64,000 nt of DNA, taken from assembly GCA_973895155.1 (NCBI GenBank), contig OZ316892.1, positions 9,466,283-9,530,282 on the forward strand. The letters run 5' to 3'. The notes under the pieces are model-generated. The model was not told the DNA's origin, searched no databases, and worked only from the letters and a program-made list of their open reading frames with translations. Both the position numbers and the translations under genes were made by a program. The stretch's first letter is position 1, and every line of letters begins with the position of its first letter. This DNA comes from Marsupella aquatica (taxonomy: Eukaryota; Plantae; Marchantiophyta). Shown one piece after another: positions 1 through 10,900 of the stretch.

Positions 1-1302
1 TGTTGTCAAAGGACACCGCATGTTCAGGGGAGAACCACATCCTGAGATGATTTGGTTCTGTCCCAATAATGCATGCCATAAGAGTCGGCCCCGTCGTAAT
101 GTGGTGAATCTTCCCCCGTTTCCTCATACCCTGCCCGTTTTGAAGGGCACAAATCTTTCGGAAGCTGAGGTCCAATTCCTATCTCAGCAAGGGATTGCGA
201 TCAATCCAGAGGCCGGACGTCAGGCTCCTCCATCTCCATTTGACTTGCGAATCAATGTGAATGTTTTCCCTGAGAAAATCAATCTCCTGGAGACAAATAT
301 CCGCCTTCGGAGTAGGAATGGTAAAAATATAGTCCCACGTTCAAATCTTTCACAAGGACACAACAAAAGAATTGAATCTGCAAACAACGAGTTGATGACA
401 CTTATTCAACAGTTTGATGTTTCAATCGGAAACTCTTGGGGCAAACAATTTCAGATCCAGACCCAAGAGAAACTTCGTACGGCAAACACTTACTGGGTGC
501 AGATTTGTATTTTCCCCTGCTGTTCTTGTGAGGACTTCTATCGTCGCCATTCTCATGGATGGCCTTTCATGCCTTGCAAGCATCTATATTGGGTTTATAC
601 CAACGTCCTCAAACTAGATGTCGTGGATTCAACTTTGGCTAGTCGGCCAATTTTGACTGTAGGTGAGGTGAGGCTCATTCTAGCTAGGCAGAATTCTCTA
701 AACTTATAGACTAGAGATTTAGTAACGTTGAACGGCTCCAACCTCATTTGTCGCATTGCAACGTTTCATTTCTTTTCAACGATCACATTTGGTTAATATA
801 TATGGCTAGCGCTCGGCGCTAGCATAAGTTTGTCCCGTTCTGAGTGAATCTCTTTCATTTCATGGGCCGGATGGATTCTTTAAAGTACTTGTGTTTGAAA
901 CCAAAATTTTCGTTTCTTAACATTCTGGGAATGGAATTCTTCTCATCTAAACTCTTACACTTGTAGGTATTTTTGCAATAAGTTTATTGCAATGGGCTAG
1001 AAATCTTGGTTTGTTTTTTGTTAGCGCCTAGCGATATTATAGAATACAGTTCCGATTCCGATGATATTTTTAAGATAAGTAACATTTTGAGTGTGTTTCG
1101 TATCAGCAGCCAGTGTATGGTTGGACCCACTCGATGGTTTATGTATATTTGGTGGAGAAGTGACTGCATTTAGTTGTTGTAAGGAACCCGATCAAGTGTT
1201 ACCTTTCGCTAAAATGTGGGCTCAAAACTTCAAAACATTCATGGTACAGGTTCCTGTTTTCCTGTTAACAAGAGTTCTGTTTTCCTGTTTCCTCGACATT
1301 CA
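1..1302 (+). mobile_element. 3' end of a second, diverged copy of the MULE-like element (truncated by window edge)
   Basis: ORF 20-709 is collinear with 26351-27106. The element-specific palindrome occurs at 807 and 1022. The terminal ttcctgttt motifs at 1250-1292 resemble 27620-27690. The exact end is approximate because the left TSD is outside the window. Confidence 0.75.
20..709 (+). CDS. C-terminal part of MULE-like transposase with SWIM zinc finger
   Basis: CSCEDF...MPCKHL SWIM motif (CxC-xn-CxH); clear paralogue of 26351-27106. Confidence 0.8.
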   Translation: MFRGEPHPEMIWFCPNNACHKSRPRRNVVNLPPFPHTLPVLKGTNLSEAEVQFLSQQGIAINPEAGRQAPPSPFDLRINVNVFPEKINLLETNIRLRSRNGKNIVPRSNLSQGHNKRIESANNELMTLIQQFDVSIGNSWGKQFQIQTQEKLRTANTYWVQICIFPCCSCEDFYRRHSHGWPFMPCKHLYWVYTNVLKLDVVDSTLASRPILTVGEVRLILARQNSLNL

Positions 1303-1313
1303 CTGAGAAGCGG

Positions 1314-1800
1314 GTGGACAGGTCTGGAGCAACTAGAGAAGAATCTGTACAGTATGTAGGGGCCTTGACAGATATCTTAGTACTGAATTACGGCAGCTTG
1401 AGGAAAGAGGTGATTCTTTTCAAGGGGAAATGGGCAGATCCATCATGGACTCCTAAATCCTCTGCCAGTATGAGGTATTCTGAGTCTGGTCTTTGGCAGG
1501 TGAATTTCCATAGAGAACTGGGTGTGTCCAAGAAAATGGATTACGTTTTCCCAAAGCAAGTGGAGCAGGTTTTCTTCCACCCCAATGAGAAGGGGATAGC
1601 ATGGAGAACAATCCTCCACAAAGAATCCAGGTCCACAAGGGTGTTAGGTGATTACACAGATGTTGATTTCCATGCTACAATGGAAAACAATGCCAAATTA
1701 CACATTGAATTGGCTAAAGCCTGTAGGACTAGAGCAAATCCAGGACCAAGTACTGGTCCCAAACGAGGCAGAGATGCAGAGGGATCTGCAAGAAAGGGTA
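1314..1800 (+). pseudogene. CACTA TnpD C-terminal region (DUF4216-like) of CACTA-0
   Basis: QYVGALTDILVLNYG...VILFKGKWAD...SGLWQVNF...YVFPKQVEQVFF...WRTIL matches the YG.i.eI...Y/lFkc.W/F..p.qv.QvFy pattern; separated from the rest of TnpD by the MULE copy. Confidence 0.75.
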
Positions 1801-3464
1801 GGCCTAAGCAGCGAATAGGTTTTAGGTGTGTGAAGTCCATAGATGGACTACATGTATGGACTATATATGAAATCAGACTAATGTTTTGCCCATTTGTGCA
1901 GTTGGTGAATGCAGCCTGTGAAAGGAAGATTGCAGGGGTTGTCACATCCTGTGAATGCTTATGAGGAGGCCCGAAAGCGGAACATAGAGCATAATGTCAG
2001 CATTATGCGTGATCTAGGACTGGGGCCAAACTGCATGCTGATGTGTGTGTTAAAATGTCTGTTGCAAATTTGATTCAGTAGATATATGGAGGTGTCAGGT
2101 TCATGTTCTGTTTTCATATTCCAGATTGGTCTCATACTAGTATGGAACCTGTACATAAGTACCATTATTATTGTGTTGTAGATTCTGCTTGCATGTATGT
2201 TTGATCTGCATTGGTGTATGTTGATGATTGCTTTGTTCCTTAGAGGCCCAACCACACATGTACAACGACAGAGAGAAAAGCCTGCATTGGTGAAAGGTAC
2301 TTCAACTGGAACATTGCCAAAGAGGAGGAGCTCTAGACTATCACAAGTTACCAAGGTGAACATGGCAGAGTCTGGTGATGATGGCTATGCCAGTGCTGGG
2401 TATGACACTGAGGATTCTGACATTGGAGGGTCAGAACCTGAGAGTGAACAGCAGGTAATGCTTGAACTTCATCATCCTAAACCCTAAATCCTTGTCCTTG
2501 TTTCAAAGTATTTGTTAATATGCCTACGTTGTCCATGATGTATGTATAGAAACAAAATCGTGGTCCTAAGAAGACTGGGCCTGGTGGAGGTGGGCTGGTG
2601 AGATGTTGGAAAGACCCAGACATTGGACTGTTATATGAAAGTGAGTGGATTGTACTGATATACCTTTTCAGTGTGTTTGGAAGTTGATATTCTACATTTT
2701 CCTAAAATTCACTGAAGTGCTTGGTGGTGTGTGTTTGTTTAGTGGTTCCATCAGCATCTGAAGGCAGATCAGGTCAATCTGACGTACTACATTCCAGAGG
2801 ATCTTCAAGTAATACAAATCACTACAACACTACCGACCCCTTTTGCGAACCCCGTCCCATCGCAACTAACAAAGGACCAAATTATGAAATTCCGGTGTTT
2901 GCGAAACGCTACGCATCGCAACCCTTTCGCATTCTTTGAAACCCATAGCTTCGCAATCGGACTTTCGCAACCCCTTCGCAACACCTTCGCACACTGCGAA
3001 ACTTATTTTATCGCACATAAATCACATTTATGCGATCTCGACAGACTCTTTATCGGTTTGCGACGCGCTTTGAACTATAACTTATTTTTGAAGCTGTTGT
3101 CTTGAAAATTCCGTTGCCATTCATATGGTATTGCATAACTGCGTCAGTCAGGGTGTCGCACAATTGCGGAACCAAAAGTATCGCAATGTTCCAATACTCA
3201 ATGTATGGCAAGTTTGCGATAGTATGGCGTTCGCATGTGTTTCGCAAGGATAGTTTGAGGGCTGGGTTTTGTATATTTGGGTTCATAATTGGGTTGGGGT
3301 CTTATTGCTCCACATGAAGATACCAAAGCAAAACTTTATATATGCCAAAAATCCCTGAATGTACAAAAATTAGGGTTTTCTAAAACCCTATGGGGTATCA
3401 AATACCAAGACACTGTCCTTTGACTAATCCATATGCCATATGGAGTGAACTACATCTGCATCCT

Positions 3465-5509
3465 CTAGAATGGAGCCCGCCTACTCCTCTTTGCTGGCCT
3501 CTTCCCCTTGTCCTTCTTGCTTTGGGCGGGACGAGCTGGACGGGAGGGGGGTGGTGGTGGTGGTGGCTGCTGCTCCTCCCCATCTGGCTCATCCTCATCA
3601 TCGTCATCATCCTCATCATCATCCTCCTGGTCTCCTGGTGTGCTAGGTGTGGCAACACTCCCTGCCCCTCTGGACCCACTCGTGGTGGCCCCGGTAGTGT
3701 CCCCATCATCAGCGCCGCTATCCTCCTCACTGCTATCCTCACTCCCCTCCTGCTCCTCCTTATCTTGCTTCCATGTCACAAGGTTAATTCGGGTTTAGGG
3801 TTAATAGGAAAAATGTATATACCTTATAAATGGAATGGGTGCGGGTTTAGAAAGGGTACTACAAATCACTCACACTAGCCAACTCTGCATCAACCAACTC
3901 AAAGAGATGTCTGGCCCCATGCTCTGCCCCTATCTCCATCTCCTTTGTTGTTATCTTGCGGCGGTACCTCTTATACTACCACAAAAAAATGAAACACCAA
4001 AACATAAGGGGCCCGGGTTAGTAACTAAGGGTACTTAAGCAAAAAAGGCATCCTAAAAAGGGTAAAAAGGGTACCCTAACCAGAAAAAAACCCCATTACC
4101 CTAACAAACATTTGTCACTCGACACTAAACGTTTTTCAAAATGAAACAAGCTTTGCGAAACTCCCACCTTCGCAAATTCAAATATATTTAAGTTTGCAAA
4201 ATAGACTGCGAATCGGATTGCTTCGCAATGGCTTCGCAAACCTTACGGGAAAAAGGTTATAATAGAGTTTGCGAAACAATTGCGAGGCAACCCGCTTCGC
4301 AATTGTTTCGCAAACTGTGCTTTTAAAAAAATCCGAGAAATGGCTAAGGCACGCAATGTGTCAGGGTGACCTAAAACGAAAGGGGAGGCCATAAGGGGTA
4401 AAGCAGAGGTCTGCGAGGGGCATTGTAGGCAAGCAAACAACAATTGAAGGCGAAGGAAAAGAAGCAGGGGAGGAGGGGAGAGGACTCACGAAGGTTGCTT
4501 TCAGGCCGGGAAGTCCACCTTGCTCCATCTTGTGTGTGGTCTTGGGGCGTTTGCTGACTCGGTCTGCTGCAAGGATGAACTTCTGGGGTGGTGTCCCCAC
4601 TTCATCCACGATGTGCTGCAGCTGAGAGACCTTCTCAGCCAATGCCTTGAGGTCTTGGTCTGACATCCCGGCCTGAAGTGCCTTGGCCTCCTTCTCCTTC
4701 CAGAATTGGAGGTCCTTGGCTGCTTTCAGCTGCACCTCGACCTTATAGAACGCGTTCCACACATCCTCTATGAATTGCACTGGCCTCCTCACGTTCCTGT
4801 ACTCCTGCAAGCTTGCCAGGTAGGCCCTCACCTTCCTCCTATCATGGTATCGTGCTTGAGACATTGAATTTGAAATTCTATCTGCAAGCCACTGGTCATC
4901 AATCTCTGCTCCATTTCTGAATGAATCTTTGACCTGAGTCATTACTTTCCTCTGCTCTGCTCTGCTTAGTTTCCCCCACTCAACACCTCGTGCATGGCTA
5001 GTCCTCACAACAAGCCTGATAGTGCTCTTTGCCCCAGTGTAGGCCAACTCAGTAGGAATGCCCTCAACCAAGGCAATCAATGGCAGCTTCTTCCTCTCTT
5101 CCTCCTTTTTCCGCTGCGCCTCACGTTGTGCTCGAATCTCATCTCGTTCCTCCCTTCTCCTCTTCTTTTCGAGGGCTGCAGGAGAGAGTACTCCTGCCTT
5201 AGCCCTCTCCTCCTTCTTTCGTTTCTTCTCTCTGGCCTTCTCCTCAGCTGCAGCCTTTGCCTCTTTCTCCCTCTGAGCCTGCCCTGCTGCAACCCCGGTT
5301 TGCAAAGCTTGCCCTAGAATTGCACTCAAAGAAGCAATCCCAGCTGGTGTACTCAAATCCAAATGGCTCAGCTGTGTGGCATTGAGATGCTCGGCCATCA
5401 AATTTGTCCATTGATTACTCTCCTCATTCCTGTTCCCTCCATTGCCATTGCCACTCCCACTCCCACTTGCCCCTGCCCCATCCCCTCCACGCCCTCCACT
5501 AGAATCCAT
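3465..5509 (-). CDS. TnpA-like/accessory protein of CACTA-A, multi-exon (about 5509-4490, 3975-3875, last exon ending at 3465)
   Basis: Gly-rich N-terminus, charged coiled coil and helical domain ending THKMEQGG (resembles the H..G..g motif of Ptta/Transposase_24 proteins). GT donor at 4489. Acidic last exon ending RRAPF*. Homologous to 40018-42060 and 47860-50873. Confidence 0.65.
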
Positions 5510-5979
5510 AGCTATCCAACACCAAGCGCGCGCAAGCTCTCCTCCTGCCCTCCCTCACTTCAAAAAACGTCGAATGGGCCTCGTAACCCGGCGGGAAGGT
5601 CCGAATGCCTAGACAAAACACATTTGCGACGCAGTCCGCATCGCAATTTGCGAATCAGCCCGCTTCGCAACTAGTATCTCAACTTTCCAAAACCAATGCG
5701 AAACCACACGCTTTGCAAAGCCTTCGCAAAGCTGCAGAGACGCGAAAAAACGCTCTCGGGCTCTGTTTTTCCGAAGCTGTTGCGAAACATTTTGCTTCGC
5801 AAATAATGTGACCAAATTCTGAAGCAGGTTGCGAAGCAGGTCGGTTCTCAATATCGTGGCAATTCCTGGTGAAATTTTTTTTCACATTCTTTCCCTCCTC
5901 CTTTTGTTTAGGCCATGTAAGTTATACTATGCCCTTTTGTGTAATTAAGAAATTCTGCCGTTTCAAATCCCGACGTTTG

Positions 5980-6445
5980 TTAGGGTTGGGTCTTGGATGA
6001 AGCTGGTTTTTGTAGGGGTTAAAAGCGAGATTACCAGTCAAACTTTCCGTTTTTTAAGCTATACATGGTGTGGGTGTAGGCTAATTTTGATAAGAGTTGG
6101 GTTTTGGTTTAAAATTAATAAGTGAGGAAAGGGTTTAGGATTAAAGTTGGGTTTGTGTTTAGGGTTTAAGTCTTTAATTTTGGGTTTAAGCAGGGTTTGC
6201 ATTTATGGTTGTAGGCTTTTAGGGTTCAAGCAAGGGTTTAGGGTTTAAAACAAAAGAGAGGAAGGGGATTGGGAGTGAGGGTCTAGGTTTTTGTAATAGG
6301 TCAGAGGTTTGGGGGTGAGGGTTTGGAAAAGGCAAAGCAAGGTTAGATGAGATTAATGTTTTAGTTGTTTTACCATGGGTTTTATGGGTTTTAATGGATT
6401 TTATGGATCTTTTGGGTTTTAATGGTTTTTCCATGGGTTTTATGC
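5980..6445. repeat. Degenerate telomere-like (GGGTTT/TTTAGGG) tract in the divergent promoter of CACTA-A
   Basis: Many ggttt/tttaggg units with strong G/T strand bias. Confidence 0.6.
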
Positions 6446-6875
6446 TAACAAAGGAGGAGGAGCTATGACAACTTGCAGGGTGCGGCACTTTTGCATGAAT
6501 TGATACTAGCTAATGCGTATGCATCGTGAGAGCCCGGGCATCTGGAGGTACGGACTAAAATAGATGGGTCTAGTTAGGCTTATTCATGTAATTAAAATTT
6601 TTGGTTCCCACTATCTATAAAGAGGACATGTATGTAAGGTGTTCGCTTTGTGTACTTGCAGCTTTTCTCATACTTCCAGATTCGGTTCATTATTTTAGAG
6701 CCACAAGACCTATTGGCACCGCTGAGCCTGGGTCTCAGAAAGGTATTTTTTAGTGTTCCTTTTGTGTTTGGTTTCATGTCATCATTACTTGAGAACTTAC
6801 ATTTGTCCAGCTTGATATTGTGATGTTATTTGGTAATAACCCCTAACTTGCAAATTATACATCTTTGTAGGGGCA

Positions 6876-7109
6876 ATGTCTTCATCTTCTGAGATCTCCA
6901 CCACAGATTCTTCCTCCTCCGATGAAGATATACCACCTCCTCCTCAACCTCACACGACTGCACCTCCTCCTCGTGGTCCACCCCGTCAGCTTTGCCAATG
7001 TGCCAAATGCGTGGGTCAGGTTTCCCAAAAGTCCTATATATGCACCCAACATATTGAGAGATATGGACGTTACGGACGTCATACAACAGGGGCTTCCTCA
7101 TCCCATGTG
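6876..7109 (+). CDS. Exon 1: Ser/Pro-rich leader plus Zn-ribbon-like transposase-associated domain (shared by SET and TnpD isoforms)
   Basis: CQCAKC...HIERYG resembles the CxCxxC...HL...G N-terminal domain of CACTA TnpD. 234 nt with phase-0 donor GTAAGT at 7110. Homologues at 51737-51970 (also 234 nt) and 33938-34171. Confidence 0.75.
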
Positions 7110-7210
7110 GTAAGTGTTTACGCCTTAGTTTCTACCCTATTTCCACATCGCAATGGTGAAGGTTTTTAATTTCACACCTCTTGTTGTTTGTTTTGGTTTG
7201 GGTGGAATAG

Positions 7211-7950
7211 GTATCTAGTAGGCCTAGACCTGCGGCATCAGCACCTTATGTCCCATCACAAGGTGTTCTAGATGCTATAGGCAATGCATTCTCACAAGCC
7301 TTGGGTCCAGCAACAGCCCCCTCCAGTCCTAGGGCAGTTGGGGGTGAGCCTGTTGTCCCAAGAGGGAGAAAGCGTTCCAAGAGACGGCCCCGAGGGGATA
7401 CTGATTTGTACAAGGCAGTGGTTACCGGTAGGTGGGGTGATTGTGAGTTTACTGGCAGATGTGTTCCTATCATCAAGGACTGGGATCCCCAGACTCTTGG
7501 TTTGCCACAAGAGCTTTCCTATGGTGAGGAGGTAGAGGTTTGGGGAAGACGTTGGGTTATCAAACCTTCCACACTTGGGGATAGACATGGCTATGGAGTT
7601 TTTGCTTGTGAAGACATCATTGTGGATACCGAGAGTGGTAGTGGTGGACGTGGTCGAGAAGGACCTACGTTGTTTCCTTATGGTGGACCCATCTACAAGA
7701 GAAGACATTGGAACATGATCCTTGCACAACATCCTGAGTGGAAGACTTATGCCTTGGAGTTAGATACTTTTGATGGAAACACTAGGAGGTATAGTGAGCA
7801 GCGGGTGATAGATGGGGACCCCATACGAACTGGGAATATAGCTGGTTTCATAAACAGTACTGTGGGGACTCGCCCCAAGCGTAGGCAAAATTGTGAGTGG
7901 GTTTTCATTGAGGGTCCTCCACCAGCCCCTTATGGCCATACACATGGCGT
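7211..7950 (+). pseudogene. SET-domain exon of CACTA-A (C-terminally truncated)
   Basis: Motifs GYGVFACEDI, LFPYGG and IDGDPIRTGNIAGFINST...NCEW. Acceptor AG at 7209-7210 is in frame with exon 1. Lacks the IRAGQELFCDY end seen in CACTA-C. Confidence 0.8.
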
Positions 7951-10900
7951 TTGGCCACATTTTGTATTTACACCAGTACCGATATTATTTCATGTTTGCA
8001 CACCCCCATATATTCTTCTACATGTTGTAACTATTTGCTTTGTAACTTTCAATTGTTTGCATTGTTTTTAGAATGTGCGACCCTCTCAAAATATGTTACC
8101 GCGAAGATTGAGAGTAGCATATCGGGAAATGGGTATGCTGGAAGAAGGACAAGGCTCTGAGTCACATTCCTCATCAAGTGACAGTGGAAGCAACAACCCT
8201 GATCGCAATGTACCCAGAACATATGAACAGGTTATTGATGACCAAGATAGAGCCATGGATGATTTTATGGTTGATTGGTTTGGTGTTGACGTCCTTGGTG
8301 ATGATGCTGAGGTGTCTGCTGATCAAGGAGGTCATGTGCCCCCCAATGATCCACGACCAAGACATACCCCTGAGGGACAGCGCCAATGGGAGGAAGCAGA
8401 GGAACATGCCCGAACTCCTATCTATGAGGGTGCTCGTTTGAGTCGTCTTTCTACTATCTTGGGGTTGATGAATCTACAAGCCAAACACAAGGCAAGCAAT
8501 GCCTTGTTATCTTATATGTTTGCACTTTGCCATGACCTTATGTTACCTTCTGGCAATGTGTTGCCAGGAACTTGGAAGGAGGCCAAGCGTGTTCTCTCAT
8601 CAATTGGCATGGAATATCATATCATTCATGCATGTGTGAATGATTGCATGTTATTTCATGGGGCCGATGAGAAGAAGACACAGTGTACTGAATGTCATGA
8701 GCCACGGTAAGACCCCAACATGATTACAAAGAAGGTGCCAAGAAAAGTTGTTCGTTGGTTTCCCATCATTCCTCGATTGTTGCACATGTACAGGTGTTCT
8801 GATTTGGCAGAGTTGATGGTATGGCATAAGACTCATCGATCAGAGCCTGGTGTTATGCGGTTGCCAATTGACTCTCCTGCAGTCAAACATATTGAGGAAA
8901 CATGGCCAGACTTTGCACATGATCCTCGTCATGTGAGGTTGGGATTGGCATCTGATGGGGTTAGTCCTCATGCCCTTGGAGGCAAGGGAAGACCTACATC
9001 AGTTTGGCCTGTGGTTGTGATGAATTACAACCTTCCACCATGGCTATCCATGAAGAAGGGGTTCCTCTTGCTGTCTTTGATTATTCCAGGTCCAAAAAAG
9101 GTGAAGAACTTTGACACTTATTTGGCACTATTGAATTGAGAACTCCAAAAACTGTGGGGTGGAGTGTGGGCATATGATGGCAGGAAAAATGCAGGAGGCA
9201 TTCCACGTGTATTTAAATTGAGAAGGGTAGTTTGTTGGACAATGCATGACTATCCTGGTAAGATGACTTTTTGACCATATGCCACCCTTCTTTGATATGC
9301 TCTTTAATATACTTGTTTGTCATGTGACAACCCTAACATTTAGTCTGGTTTTATTTTTGGTGTAACCAGGATTTGGCTTTGTCTCTGGATTGCAAACTCA
9401 AGGGTACAAAGCTTGCTCCACCTGTGGTCCACAATTGCAAGATATGGCAATTTGGTCCCCATGGCTTAGGAAGATTGTTTACATTGGGCATACAAAGTTT
9501 CTTCCGATGGGGCATGAGATGAGGTCTGACCCACTTTTATTTTCCTCCTTTGACATGCCCCTTGGTGATATGCGGGAAATTCCGGAACCAACAACTTTTG
9601 GGCATTGGAAGTCACTAGCTGATAGGGTGGCAGACCCTGATGATCCCCTCACCTTTGATGGTACTGGGTTGACGAGGTGGAGTATACTAGCCAGTTTGCC
9701 CTATTGGTCAGAGTTGAAGATCCGCCATCTTTTAGACCCCATGCACATAGAGGGAAATGTGGGGAAGGCGTTGATAGCTCATTTTTATGGGGAGAAGGAC
9801 ACTAACTTCAGGGAGGCATGTGAAGAGTTGGAAATGCATCCAGATGTATGGGTACAAGTTGATCCTGCCACAGGTTTGGAACATCGTCCTTCTGCTCCTT
9901 GGGTGCTTAGTGTTGGCCAAAGATGTGAATTCCGGAATCGTATAGGGGAGATGCGGTTTCCTACAGGCTATGGTGCCAATTTGAGGAAAGCTTTTGGGAT
10001 GGAGGACAATCACAAATGGCCACGGTATCTCAAGACACATGACTATCACCGCTTATTGCAGCATATATTGCCAGTGGCAATTATAGGGTTGGGGACCAAA
10101 GAAGTGCAAGATGCCATTTGGTCATTGGGTCGTTTGTTGAGATGGATATGCTCAAAGGAGATATATGTGGAAGAGATTCCTGGAATGGAGGTATTGGCTG
10201 CTGAGGTGGTTTGCAAGTTGGAGAAGGCCCTCCCTCCTTCCTTCTTTGATTGTCAGGTTCATTTACTTGTGCATCTTGTGAGGGAGGTTGCCATTGCTGG
10301 TCCAGTTCATTGTCGATGGATGTACTGGCTTGAGCGTTACATGTCAGTCTTGAAAGCTTATGTACGTAACCGTGCACGAGTGGAGGGAAGCATAGCTACA
10401 GGATACTTGGCTGCAGAGAGCATGTTTTATTCTAGTAACATCTTGGCCACCATTGATCGGACTTTACCACGTACTTGGATGGAGGAGAGGCAAGAGGAGG
10501 AGGACCGTTTAACAGGAGCAAACAAAACAAGCATGCTTACATCAACAGAGTGGACACAGTTGAATACATTCATGTTGAGTAATAGCAATGTCATGGATGA
10601 ATGGAGAGAGTTTTATGACAATGCCAAAAGAATGAGTCAAAGGGCAAGGATTTTTCCTAAGTTGCATGAGTTTATGAAGGAAAAGTTGGTTGAGTTGGAT
10701 GGCATTTTGGCACAAGGAGGAGATGTCTCACAGTTTCCTACTATGACAAATGACATTCGGACCATTGTTCATGGCCCTTTGAGAGTGGTAACATCCAAGA
10801 CGGCCATGTGGACCCAAGGGAGACACTTCAGGTTTCACTAGTTCCTAACCTTGTTTTCCATATTCATGTACTACTACTTAAGATATAGTAATCATTTTAC

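Noticed and set aside
3390-3878. Hydrophobic membrane-protein-like ORF on + strand, and similar short antisense ORFs throughout
   Set aside because: Reverse-complement shadow of the acidic low-complexity exon on the - strand
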